In this document: positions 47,471 to 57,572 of the stretch, piece after piece
Position numbering within the stretch: position 1 is the first letter of the stretch
How the letters are laid out: every line of letters starts with the position of its first letter
Assembly: GCA_028282585.1 (NCBI GenBank)
Contig: JANQHR010000047.1
Span: 32,001 to 96,000 of the forward strand
Direction of reading: 5' to 3'
Source: Bacteroidales bacterium
Lineage (GTDB): Bacteria > Bacteroidota > Bacteroidia > Bacteroidales > UBA12077
DNA: 64,000 nt
Notes under the pieces: generated by a model
Seen by the model: only the letters and a program-made list of their open reading frames with translations
Database searches by the model: none
What the model was told of the DNA's origin: nothing
Made by a program: the position numbers and the translations under genes

Positions 47471-48965
47471 ACGAAAATTGACATATAAGGATTTCTTGAA
47501 TTATTTCAGCAATAACTTGCAGAATAAGGATAAGCATGATTTCGAAAAGGAATTGATGCGTGATGTTTTTGAGGAGGAAGCTTACGATGGTTTATCCCGG
47601 TTAAACGAAGATGAGTTAAGAAATGATGTTGCAGAACTAAAAGCTGGTATTTTTCACAGAACAGAAAAGAATAGAAGAATAGTTCCGGTTTGGTTTAGAT
47701 ATGCGGCAAGTGTTATTATATTATTAGGTGTAGGTATTACGGTTGTTTATTTGAATAGCCAATACTGGCAGGATTCCATATTAAAAGAACAGGTCTCTCA
47801 TGAAATTGAAATCGCTGATAGTGTGATTATTGAAGCGGAACGGCAAATGCAAAAATTAGATAAAAAGTCTGATACAACTAAGAAAGAGCCTGAACAGTTA
47901 ATAGCAGAAAGTAAAGAATCTATCGAAAGAAGTGAAATTAAACCTGAGGAAACAAAGCCATTAATTGTTGAGGATGAGGTTATAGTAGCGGAGGATTTAA
48001 AAATATATGATGATACTGAGGCTGATTTGGATGAAACAATAGAAATTACAGAATTTGAAGAGGATGAGAATATTGAAGAAGTAATCATAATTGCAGAATC
48101 TCCAGCGCGAAAAGAAGGAGTTGCAAATGCAGTTGTGACAGTTGAGGCAAAGGATTTAACTGAAAGCTATGAAGATAAAAATGGAGAATTATCAGTTGAT
48201 TCCGAAGTAATAACTTCATTAGAAGGAAACGTAAATGGAGTGATAGTTGAAAAATCAAAAGATGAAAAATCTGTAAATTCTTTGTCAAAAAAAGGATCAA
48301 GAAAAACTAGATCATATAAGTTGAATGAATACGAATCAAAAAATAGCTTTAACTATAAAACTATTAATGGTGTGATTGTTGGGGCAGAAGATGATTTATC
48401 AATTCCCGGAGTATCTATAATTTTAAAAGATAACCCAAGTATTGGTACTATTTCTGACCTGGATGGAAAATTTCAATTAACAGTTCCTAAGGACGATGAA
48501 GAACTTATGACTTTGATAGCTTCATTTGTAGGAATGAAAACTCAAGAAATCTTCTTAAATGATGACTCCACACTTTTAGTTTATATGGAGCCTGAAGTGC
48601 TCGCAATGGATGAAGTAGTAGTAACGGGATATGGAGCAGGTGAAAAGAGAGATGAAATTTCTACAAGTATATCGGCTAAGCCTCCTGCGTCCTTAATTAA
48701 AAGTAAATATAAAAAGCAAATATTGGAGGAGTTAGATTATAGCAAATTCTCAGGGTTTCCCGGTAAACATAAAATCAAAGTTTCGTTTACAGTTGGAGAG
48801 GATGGTTCGTTATTTAATTTCAATTTTAGCAATACTCCGGATGCAATGTTTAGTAATGAAATAAAAAGAATAATTTTAGAATTAGGTAACTGGGTTCCTG
48901 CGACAGAAAATAATATTAATGTATCATCAAAAGTTAAGCTTGTACTTAAAGTTGAAATAGAATAA
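47463..48965 (+). CDS. Anti-sigma-like membrane protein with acidic linker, CarboxypepD_reg and TonB-C-like domains
   Basis: FEKELMRDVFEEEAYDGL N-terminus, YAASV TM, IPGVSII...DLDGKF, KVSFTVGEDGSL...WVPA. Confidence 0.8.
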   Translation: MSKRKLTYKDFLNYFSNNLQNKDKHDFEKELMRDVFEEEAYDGLSRLNEDELRNDVAELKAGIFHRTEKNRRIVPVWFRYAASVIILLGVGITVVYLNSQYWQDSILKEQVSHEIEIADSVIIEAERQMQKLDKKSDTTKKEPEQLIAESKESIERSEIKPEETKPLIVEDEVIVAEDLKIYDDTEADLDETIEITEFEEDENIEEVIIIAESPARKEGVANAVVTVEAKDLTESYEDKNGELSVDSEVITSLEGNVNGVIVEKSKDEKSVNSLSKKGSRKTRSYKLNEYESKNSFNYKTINGVIVGAEDDLSIPGVSIILKDNPSIGTISDLDGKFQLTVPKDDEELMTLIASFVGMKTQEIFLNDDSTLLVYMEPEVLAMDEVVVTGYGAGEKRDEISTSISAKPPASLIKSKYKKQILEELDYSKFSGFPGKHKIKVSFTVGEDGSLFNFNFSNTPDAMFSNEIKRIILELGNWVPATENNINVSSKVKLVLKVEIE

Positions 48966-48966
48966 A

Positions 48967-48986
48967 AAAGCTCCTTATGGAGCTTT
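48967..48986. terminator. Bidirectional terminator
   Basis: AAAGCTCC-TTAT-GGAGCTTT. Confidence 0.7.
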
Positions 48987-48988
48987 AT

Positions 48989-50251
48989 CTATCTAAATAT
49001 AGTTTGATCTCTGTTTGGACCTACCGATACCAGTTTAACCGGAACTTTCACTTCTTCCTCAATATATAAAAGATAGTCTTTAAATTCCGGAGGTAAATTT
49101 CCAAAGGAATCAATTTTCGATATATCTTCTTTCCAGCCTTTAAATTCCTTTAATACGGGCTCTAACGGTTCATTTATTTCAAATGGCAGGTAATCAATTT
49201 CTTCCCCATTTAGTTTATAATGAGTACAAACTTTTATGGTATCAAAACCAGATAAAACATCCGCTTTGGTAACCATTAATTCTGTTACACCATTTAGCAT
49301 AACCGAGTATTTCAGGGCAGGTAAATCCAACCATCCGCAACGTCTTGGGCGTCCTGTTGTTGCACCAAATTCGTGACCTTGTTTACGAAGAGTTTCTCCT
49401 TCTTCATTTTCCAATTCAGTAGGAAAAGGTCCGCTTCCAACACGAGTACAATACGCCTTAAAAATTCCAATTACATTTCCTATTCTATTGGGAGCTACGC
49501 CTAATCCAGTACAAGCTCCGGCACAAATTGTATTTGACGAAGTTACAAAAGGATAAGAACCAAAATCAATATCCAATAAAGTACCTTGCGCACCTTCAGC
49601 TAATATTAGTTTTTTCTCGTTAAAATATTTATTGATTTCGTGTTCGCTCTCTATTAACTTAAACTTCTTGATTATTTCGATTCCTTTAAACCAGCTTTCT
49701 TCATATTCTTCCAGGTTATACTCAAAATCGTAAAGTTTAATAAGATCTTTATGTTTGTTAGTAAGGAAATTATATTTTTCTTCAAATCCGGGATTTATAA
49801 TATCTCCCACACGAAGACCGTTACGTCCGGTTTTATCCATATATGTTGGACCGATACCTTTTAACGTTGAGCCAATTTTAGTTTTCCCTTTTGCTTTTTC
49901 AGATGCAGCATCAAGTATTCGATGTGACGGAAGAATTAAATGAGCTTTTTTAGAAATATATAGGTTTTTTGTTAAATCAACATCCAGTTCCTCAAGATCT
50001 TCAATTTCCTGTTTAAAGATAACAGGGTCGATAACAACACCGTTTCCAATAATATTTACTGTCTCTTCACGAAAAACTCCCGACGGTATAGTATGAAGAA
50101 CATGTTTTATTTTACTGAATTCCAGAGTATGACCCGCATTTGGCCCACCTTGAAATCTTGCAATAACATTATATTTTGGAGCAAGCACATCCACAATTTT
50201 ACCTTTGCCTTCATCACCCCACTGAAGACCTAACAATACATCTAATTTCAT
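48989..50251 (-). CDS. purA: Adenylosuccinate synthetase
   Basis: QWGDEGKGK, GGPNAGHT, EFGATTGRPRRCGWLD. Confidence 0.98.
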   Translation of the reverse strand: MKLDVLLGLQWGDEGKGKIVDVLAPKYNVIARFQGGPNAGHTLEFSKIKHVLHTIPSGVFREETVNIIGNGVVIDPVIFKQEIEDLEELDVDLTKNLYISKKAHLILPSHRILDAASEKAKGKTKIGSTLKGIGPTYMDKTGRNGLRVGDIINPGFEEKYNFLTNKHKDLIKLYDFEYNLEEYEESWFKGIEIIKKFKLIESEHEINKYFNEKKLILAEGAQGTLLDIDFGSYPFVTSSNTICAGACTGLGVAPNRIGNVIGIFKAYCTRVGSGPFPTELENEEGETLRKQGHEFGATTGRPRRCGWLDLPALKYSVMLNGVTELMVTKADVLSGFDTIKVCTHYKLNGEEIDYLPFEINEPLEPVLKEFKGWKEDISKIDSFGNLPPEFKDYLLYIEEEVKVPVKLVSVGPNRDQTIFR

Positions 50252-50358
50252 CTATTTATCTGATTTATAAAAACGTTTGCAAATTACAACAAAACCTTAA
50301 AAATAAAAAAATCCCCATGTTCTTTATGGAGATTTGAAAATACTTTATGAACTTTTTA

Positions 50359-50835
50359 TTAACTTTCCTTTTTAGTTTTTTTTAATTCGCAATCTTTACA
50401 AGTACCATAAAAGTAAAGCGAATGATAACTAATATTAAAATTCATTAGCTCTGCAACCGTTTCTTGTATTTCATGTATTCTGGGGTCACAAAACTCCAAT
50501 ACTTTTCCACAATCCTGGCAAATCAGATGATCATGTTGTCTACAATTATGCGCTTTTTCGAATTGAGCAATGTTTTTACCAAACTGATGCTTAATTACCA
50601 AATTGCTTTCTAACAATAATTCAATTGTATTATATAAAGTTGCACGACTTACCCTATAATTCTTATTTTTCATTGAAATATATAGAGACTCTATATCAAA
50701 ATGATTATCACGAGAATAAATTTCTTCTAAAATAGCGTAGCGTTCAGGAGTTTTCCTGTGTCCACGTTTTTCCAGATATTCTGTGAAAATTTGCTTTACA
50801 ACATCTTTAGTATCGACACAAATCATAACATACAT
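50359..50835 (-). CDS. fur: Fur-family regulator
   Basis: [29 protein letters not shown]. Confidence 0.92.
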   Translation of the reverse strand: MYVMICVDTKDVVKQIFTEYLEKRGHRKTPERYAILEEIYSRDNHFDIESLYISMKNKNYRVSRATLYNTIELLLESNLVIKHQFGKNIAQFEKAHNCRQHDHLICQDCGKVLEFCDPRIHEIQETVAELMNFNISYHSLYFYGTCKDCELKKTKKES

Positions 50836-50897
50836 TTTGTTATCAATGGCTAAAATTATGAATTTTTTTTCTTATTTAGAATTAATTTAAAGAAAAA

Positions 50898-53168
50898 TTA
50901 CTTAGTGATTTCTTCCTTTCTTTTTACCGAATCAACACCTTTTATTTTGCTTATGTTCATAATAAGGTTGTTTAGGTCAGTAACGTTATGGACATAAAGC
51001 TCAATTTCACCTTCGAAAATTCCATCGTGTGTTTCGATGAATATTTTACGAATATTAACCGAAAGTTCAGTTGAAATAATAGCCGTTATATCAGCAGCGA
51101 TACCTATTCGGTCAATACCATTTAAAGTTAGTTTAGCTAATGATGATAGATACTTTTGTGAGGTCCATTTTACAGGGACAATATAATTGCCTGCCATTGA
51201 CATTAATTCAATAGCATTTGGGCATTTTGATTTATGTATTACAACGTCGTCAATATCAGGATTTTTATACCCTATAACCTCATCCCCTGGGATCGGATTA
51301 CAGCATTTGGCAAACTCAATATTTATTTGCTCTTTTTCTGATGAATCTTTTATAATAAGAGGATCTTTATAGCTGAATTTTTGTTTTCGCTTAGGGGTTA
51401 AATTTTCTTTTTTGGATTTACTGGAAGTAGTTGATTTTGCTATTTGTAAGCCCCAATAACGTATGATCTTATTTTTGGTATTTTTCTTTAAAATCTTTTT
51501 TAGATTATCAAGTTTAATGATACCACTTCCTATTTTACTATAAAGCTCATCTTTCGTAACAACTTCAAATTCAGGTAATATCTTCTTTAATACACGACCG
51601 CTCGGTTGCACTTTTAATTCTCTAAGCTTGGTTTCAAGTATTGTCTTTCCCTTTTGAATGCGATCTTTTGTTTCTGCTTTAATAGCATCGGTTATACTTG
51701 ACTTTGCCTTAGCTGTTTTTACGTGTTTTAACCATTCCTTTTGGATTTTTTGTTTATTGGAAGTAATTATCTCAACCTGATCGCCACTGCGTAAAACATA
51801 ATTCAGAGGAACCAGTTTGTGATTTACTTTTGCACCTATGGCTTTATTTCCAATTTCGCTATGAATATCGTAAGCAAAATCTAAGGCAGTTGAATATTTT
51901 GGCAAAGTTTTTAGATCTCCTTTAGGCGTAAAAACCATTATTTCGGCTGCAAAAAGATTCATCTTAAACTCATCAAGAAATTCTAATGCATCAGAATTCG
52001 GATTCTCAAGCATTTCCCGGATCTTTTTTATCCACTTATCAAGTTCACTTTCGCCCGAACTTTCGCCTTTATATTTCCAGTGAGCAGCAAATCCGCGTTC
52101 TGCTATTTCGTCCATTCTTTTAGAACGAATTTGGATCTCAACCCATTTACCATTAGGTCCCATTACTGTTGTATGCAATGCTTCATAACCATTAGCTTTA
52201 GGGGAACTTATCCAGTCGCGAATTCGATCTGGTTTTGGAGTATATATGTCAGTTATTAATGAATAGATTTGCCAACATTGTGCTTTTTCCGTTTCTACAT
52301 TAAGAGGTTTAAAAACGATTCTTATTGCCATTAAATCATAAACTTCTTCAAACGGAATATTTTTAGTTTGCATTTTATTCCAGATAGAAAAAATAGATTT
52401 AGGACGACCGTTTATATCAAACTCAATATTGTTTCTTTCCAGTTTTTCGATAATTGGTAATGAGAAACGATTAATTTCCTGCTGACGCTTCTTTTCGTTA
52501 TCTTTTATTTTTAAGGCAATTTCATCAAAAACATTAGGGTGGCGGTATTTTAAGCTTAAATCTTCAAGTTCGGTTTTTATTGCATAAAGTCCTAATCGAT
52601 GGGCAAGGGGTGCGTAAAGATAAATGGTTTCGCCCGCAATTTTTAATTGCTTATTAGTTGGCATCGATTCCAACGTTCGCATATTATGCAATCTGTCTGC
52701 CAATTTAATAAGAATAACGCGAACATCATCAGAAAGTGTCAATAACATCTTCCTAAAGTTTTCAGCCTGTAATGAAGATCGTTTGTCAAAAACTCCGGAA
52801 ATTTTAGTTAGACCATCGATAATAGATGCAATCTTTTCACCAAAAAGATGTTCAATATCGTCCAACGTATATTCAGTATCTTCAACTACATCGTGAAGTA
52901 ATGCACATGCAATGGATACAGCACCTAAACCAATTTCTGAAGTTACAATTTTAGCTACTTCAACAGGATGAACAATATATGGTTCTCCAGATTTACGTTT
53001 AACACCCTTATGTGATTCTTTAGCTAAATCAAAAGCTTTACGAACAAGTTTTAAATCCTTTTTTTTGACATGCTGTGAGCAGCTCGCGACCAAATCCTCA
53101 TACAATTTTTCTGCATAAGCGTCTTCGTCGGTTATATCGGTCTTTATATCGGTAATTATGCCACTCAT
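50898..53168 (-). CDS. relA: Bifunctional RelA/SpoT (p)ppGpp synthetase/hydrolase
   Basis: RKSGEPYIVHP, LHDVVED, PKANGYEALH, TGS and ACT domains. Confidence 0.96.
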   Translation of the reverse strand: MSGIITDIKTDITDEDAYAEKLYEDLVASCSQHVKKKDLKLVRKAFDLAKESHKGVKRKSGEPYIVHPVEVAKIVTSEIGLGAVSIACALLHDVVEDTEYTLDDIEHLFGEKIASIIDGLTKISGVFDKRSSLQAENFRKMLLTLSDDVRVILIKLADRLHNMRTLESMPTNKQLKIAGETIYLYAPLAHRLGLYAIKTELEDLSLKYRHPNVFDEIALKIKDNEKKRQQEINRFSLPIIEKLERNNIEFDINGRPKSIFSIWNKMQTKNIPFEEVYDLMAIRIVFKPLNVETEKAQCWQIYSLITDIYTPKPDRIRDWISSPKANGYEALHTTVMGPNGKWVEIQIRSKRMDEIAERGFAAHWKYKGESSGESELDKWIKKIREMLENPNSDALEFLDEFKMNLFAAEIMVFTPKGDLKTLPKYSTALDFAYDIHSEIGNKAIGAKVNHKLVPLNYVLRSGDQVEIITSNKQKIQKEWLKHVKTAKAKSSITDAIKAETKDRIQKGKTILETKLRELKVQPSGRVLKKILPEFEVVTKDELYSKIGSGIIKLDNLKKILKKNTKNKIIRYWGLQIAKSTTSSKSKKENLTPKRKQKFSYKDPLIIKDSSEKEQINIEFAKCCNPIPGDEVIGYKNPDIDDVVIHKSKCPNAIELMSMAGNYIVPVKWTSQKYLSSLAKLTLNGIDRIGIAADITAIISTELSVNIRKIFIETHDGIFEGEIELYVHNVTDLNNLIMNISKIKGVDSVKRKEEITK

Positions 53169-53236
53169 AGCTATACTTTAAAGTGTACTGCAAAGTTAGT
53201 GAAAATTTGATGAATTACGTTCCAGGAGCGATACTA

Positions 53237-54709
53237 TTATGGATAGATAACCACAACATTTCCCCTTTGTTCAACGGTTTGCCCGTTTTCTGTCGTTAAT
53301 TTTACATAATATATATACGCACCTGTCGGAGCAGAGTTACCGTTGGCTTCAGTTCCATTCCAGGGTTTGGAATAATCGGAAGTCTCGAATAACGTATTTC
53401 CCCATCGATTAAAAATCTTTAATACGTAAGAACTAGGAATAAAACTAAACATGGGTTTGAACTCATCATTTGTTCCGTCTCCGTTTGGTGTGAAAACTTC
53501 AGGGATGTAAACTTTTGGTTTCAAATACACACACGCAATATTAGATTGGCTATAATCATCAGAAGGAGTTCCTGGTTCCAGAGCTAGTACATAATAACAA
53601 AACTGTGTGTAGTTTTGATAATCTTCTATATTATCATCAAAATTATTAGAATTATTATCACTAATTAATTCAGGATCAAGATTATTAATAACTCTGTAGA
53701 TTTTATAATCAATGAATGAACCCTCCTTAAATTCATTCCAATTAAGTGAGTTATCAAACAACCTATTATCTATTTCAAGTAAAATATTATTGATAACATC
53801 AGAATTTGTAGTTTCAATACCGCATTCATTTAAAGAGATCAGTTTATAATAATAAATGGAGTTATTTGGGTCTACGTTGGCATCTAAAGCAGTAATTGTT
53901 GATGATGTAGTGGTGATTGTTTCCAGTGTATCGTAATTCCCTGCAGGTGAATCTGACCGTAACAGTCTATACGTGTCCAATTCAGATGCTGGGTCTATTT
54001 CAAATTTCAGATTAATTTCTGATCCATTAGTTGAGGCAACTGTAGCATTTATGTATGAAGGACTTAACAACATTTCTGTATAAATATCATTGGAATTTGA
54101 CGATGATCTGGACGAAAAAGCATGTTGTGGAATCAAGTTTATAAAAAAACTATAATTGGTATTTGGATTAACATTTTCAGCAGTATACGTTTTAACATCC
54201 GAACTGAATTGACCTAATAGTTGTGGAGCGCCACCTTCTTCAATTTGATAGACTTCATAACTGTTTACTGTTATATCACCTTCATCATAAATATTATTTA
54301 CATATATGGTCCAGTTTAAATTTATTTGCGAATTACAAGAATCGAATACTGAAGTAAGATATGTGGTTGGAAACCTTTCCGAATCATAACCATCTGATTC
54401 GGCTCTTAATTTATAAATCCTGACCATTGTATCAGCATTAGCGGTAAAATCAATATAGTTTGTAATTGAAGTGTCTGTCATAGTTGCAATAAGCTCCCAT
54501 TCAGGAGATTGACTAGTAGGTGGTATTTTGTTTCTATAAATGAATACATCAGAAGAATCTTGTAATTCCCAATTTAAATAAACATTACCTGTACCGCTTA
54601 ATACACTAACCTCTTGTAAAATTGGAGGATCAAGATTTAGCTGAGCATTAAGTTGACCAAAGTAACAAGCAGATGTTAGAAATATTATAACCCTTAATAA
54701 TTTTTGCAT
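53237..54709 (-). CDS. T9SS type-B CTD (gliding-motility-associated C-terminal domain) protein with FN3-like repeats
   Basis: Signal peptide from MQKLLR; YIPEVFTPNGDGTNDEF...IFNRWG...WNG...GAYIY. Confidence 0.9.
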   Translation of the reverse strand: MQKLLRVIIFLTSACYFGQLNAQLNLDPPILQEVSVLSGTGNVYLNWELQDSSDVFIYRNKIPPTSQSPEWELIATMTDTSITNYIDFTANADTMVRIYKLRAESDGYDSERFPTTYLTSVFDSCNSQINLNWTIYVNNIYDEGDITVNSYEVYQIEEGGAPQLLGQFSSDVKTYTAENVNPNTNYSFFINLIPQHAFSSRSSSNSNDIYTEMLLSPSYINATVASTNGSEINLKFEIDPASELDTYRLLRSDSPAGNYDTLETITTTSSTITALDANVDPNNSIYYYKLISLNECGIETTNSDVINNILLEIDNRLFDNSLNWNEFKEGSFIDYKIYRVINNLDPELISDNNSNNFDDNIEDYQNYTQFCYYVLALEPGTPSDDYSQSNIACVYLKPKVYIPEVFTPNGDGTNDEFKPMFSFIPSSYVLKIFNRWGNTLFETSDYSKPWNGTEANGNSAPTGAYIYYVKLTTENGQTVEQRGNVVVIYP

Positions 54710-54904
54710 AAAAAAACAGATATATTCTAATAACGAAAATACAAAGATTAATCCCAAATTTGATATTTAAACTACAAATTTGCTCTTCAGGGTGACGAAA
54801 CTTTCTCTGGAAACTCTCGTCAGGATCAACCCCAACAATGAAAGTAAACTATTTTTTATTTTCATTCGCTGGAATGTTGCTAAAGACTAAACGATATTTT
54901 TTGG

Positions 54905-56191
54905 TTAATCGTATTTCCCCACAATAGTTCTCGCCAGTGTATCTTCGTGTAAATAGGTATTAGCAATAGCTATAATTTCATCTGGTGTGATTGATTTTAT
55001 TGTTTCAATTTGTTTCTTGTAATAGTTTAAGTCCAGCTCAAGCTCAATAACCGGTTTAAAAGATGATGCAATCTCAAATGCTCCATCAATTGAACGTAAT
55101 AAATCTCCCAGCATATAATTTTTGACTAGTTGTAGTTCTTCATCAGAAACAGCATCTTCCCGAAGTTTTTTAACTTCAGCTAAAATATCTTCTATAGCTA
55201 CTTTGGTAACATTAGCACCTACCTCAGAAAGAATTACAAAATAACCTGTGTTCTTAAATGATACTAACACAGAGTTAATTCCGTAAGTGTAACCTTTGTG
55301 CTCGCGAATTTTTTTCATTAAGCGAGACCCAAAATAACCACCAAGTATAGTATTCACCACATTTAACCTATGATAATCAGAATGGTCATTGTTTATAATT
55401 ATTTTTCCAAGTCTTATAGCAGATTGTGTTACATCCTTTTTCTCAACAATAAATTCCTTTTTTAAAAGTTTTGGAAAATCAAAACGTGGATTTTTAATTT
55501 CGGTTTGATCATTCCATTGATCTTTCCCGAAACGTTGATTTATAAGCTGTATATCTTTATCGTCAACCTTTCCTGATATGATAATTTTACAATTATTAGA
55601 ATTATAAAACTTTTTATGGAAATCTAATAAATCCTTTTTTGAGATATTATCATAATCTTTAATTTGAACTTTGGCTCCATAAGGATGGTTTTTACCAAAT
55701 AGTTGTTCGTTAAACTCGCGACGAGCCAAATTAGTAATTTTCTCAAGTTCAATTAGAAACTTTTGTTTGTGTTTGGCTAAATAGGTATCTAGTTCATTTT
55801 CTGGAAATGTTGGATATTTAATTATTTCTTCAAGGATGTTTATTGTTTCCGGCAAATATTTTTTTAAGGTATACAAAGCAATATTAGCAAAATCTTTGGT
55901 CGGTTGCGGATGAATAAAAGCACCGTAAAAATCCAGCTTTTCTGCTATTTCCTGAGAAGATAAGTTTTGTGTACCTTCAAGCAACATTTCGTTAGTTGTT
56001 CTTGAAATTGTAGGTTTAGTCTGATACCAGTTACCGGCATTAAATTGTATGTCAATTTTAATAATATCTTGAGTGCCTGCATTTATTACATAAGTTGGGA
56101 TTCCGTTGTCAAGGTTTAAAATAGCTGGAACAGGAATGTTTATGTTATTAATGGTTCTATATTCCGGGTGTACTTTTCTGTTTAAATTCAT
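54905..56191 (-). CDS. M16B peptidase, non-catalytic subunit
   Basis: LDNGIP, LGGYFGSRLMKKIREHKGYTYG; lacks HxxEH. Confidence 0.9.
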   Translation of the reverse strand: MNLNRKVHPEYRTINNINIPVPAILNLDNGIPTYVINAGTQDIIKIDIQFNAGNWYQTKPTISRTTNEMLLEGTQNLSSQEIAEKLDFYGAFIHPQPTKDFANIALYTLKKYLPETINILEEIIKYPTFPENELDTYLAKHKQKFLIELEKITNLARREFNEQLFGKNHPYGAKVQIKDYDNISKKDLLDFHKKFYNSNNCKIIISGKVDDKDIQLINQRFGKDQWNDQTEIKNPRFDFPKLLKKEFIVEKKDVTQSAIRLGKIIINNDHSDYHRLNVVNTILGGYFGSRLMKKIREHKGYTYGINSVLVSFKNTGYFVILSEVGANVTKVAIEDILAEVKKLREDAVSDEELQLVKNYMLGDLLRSIDGAFEIASSFKPVIELELDLNYYKKQIETIKSITPDEIIAIANTYLHEDTLARTIVGKYD

Positions 56192-56194
56192 TTT

Positions 56195-57433
56195 TTAATT
56201 TTTAGGAAGATAATAAAGAGTAGAAGAGTTCTCGGTTTTAAATAATTTGGACGCTACTTTTACGATTTCTCCTCGTTGCACACTTCTGTATTTATCAATT
56301 TCCTGGTTAATTAGCTCAGCATCTTCTAATAATTCAAAATATGATAGACTCATTGCTTTATTAAGTGCACTTAATTGACTAAACTGATATACAGATTCGA
56401 ATTTATTTTTCACTTTTTCCATCTCATAATCCGTGAAATTTCCATCAATAATCTGATTCAGTTCGGATTTAATAGCCTCTTCAGCTTCTTCAAATCCTAC
56501 TTTTTCCATTAATTTGCCGGTAATAATAAATAATCCAGGATCTATATCACCAGTAATATAGGCATTTATTTCACTGAATAATCTTTTATTTTTAACCAGA
56601 TTTTGGTATAATCTGGAAGATTTCCCATTGGCTAAAAGGTCAGATATTAAGTCAGTTATATAGTATTCTTTTTTATATTTAGAACTCATGTGAAAAGCTT
56701 TGTAAACTGCTTTAAAAGGAACATTTCTTTCAACTGTTAAAGTTCTTGCTTCTTTTTGTAGTGATTCTTTTTGAAGATTTCTTGATTCAATGTTTCTTTC
56801 AGGAATATCTGAAAACCATTTTTCTGCAAGTAAGCGAACTTCTGATTTTGTAACATTTCCAGCTACACAAACAATTGCATTGTTAGGTGCATAATGATGG
56901 TTAAAAAAGTCCTTTACATTAGTTAAATCGGCATTTTTAATATGAGTAATATCTTTACCAATAGTTGGCCATTGATAAGGATGTAATTTATATGCTAAAG
57001 GTCTGAGTAATAAAAATGCATCTCCGTAAGGTTGATTCAAATATCTTTGATTAAATTCTTCAATTACTACATTTTTTTGAATTTCTAATTTTCTATCTGA
57101 GAAATCCAAACCTAACATTCTATCAGATTCCAGCCAGAAGGCGGTTTCCATATTTTCTTTTGGAACTGTAATGTAATAATTGGTGATATCGTTGGATGTA
57201 AATGCGTTATTCTCTCCACCAACTTGTTGAAGTGGGTTATCGTATGATGGAATGTTCTTACTTCCTTCAAACATAAGATGCTCAAACAAATGTGCAAAAC
57301 CAGTACGGTTAGGATTTTCATCGCGTGAACCAACATTATACAAAACATTAAATGCGACAATGGTTGTAGATGGATCATTATGAACTATAAATCTTAAACC
57401 ATTATCCAACGTAAATTTTTCAAATTTTATCAT
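56195..57433 (-). CDS. M16B peptidase, catalytic subunit
   Basis: TGFAHLFEHLMFEGS, NAFT, WLESDRM. Confidence 0.93.
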   Translation of the reverse strand: MIKFEKFTLDNGLRFIVHNDPSTTIVAFNVLYNVGSRDENPNRTGFAHLFEHLMFEGSKNIPSYDNPLQQVGGENNAFTSNDITNYYITVPKENMETAFWLESDRMLGLDFSDRKLEIQKNVVIEEFNQRYLNQPYGDAFLLLRPLAYKLHPYQWPTIGKDITHIKNADLTNVKDFFNHHYAPNNAIVCVAGNVTKSEVRLLAEKWFSDIPERNIESRNLQKESLQKEARTLTVERNVPFKAVYKAFHMSSKYKKEYYITDLISDLLANGKSSRLYQNLVKNKRLFSEINAYITGDIDPGLFIITGKLMEKVGFEEAEEAIKSELNQIIDGNFTDYEMEKVKNKFESVYQFSQLSALNKAMSLSYFELLEDAELINQEIDKYRSVQRGEIVKVASKLFKTENSSTLYYLPKN

Positions 57434-57572
57434 ACTTTCAAATTGAATCAGAATACAAACATATATAATTAACAGATAGGATATAAGTTGTTCAGATAAA
57501 TGTTGATTAATTTAAAGGATTTTGTAAAAAAATGTTTTTTTTTACAGACTTGTAAAATAAACCGAAAAATTT

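Noticed and set aside
54780-54838. Hammerhead ribozyme suggested by CTGACGAG...GAAA...GTC on the minus strand
   Set aside because: Stem II and stem III cannot be formed with the required geometry; a simple hairpin explains the sequence
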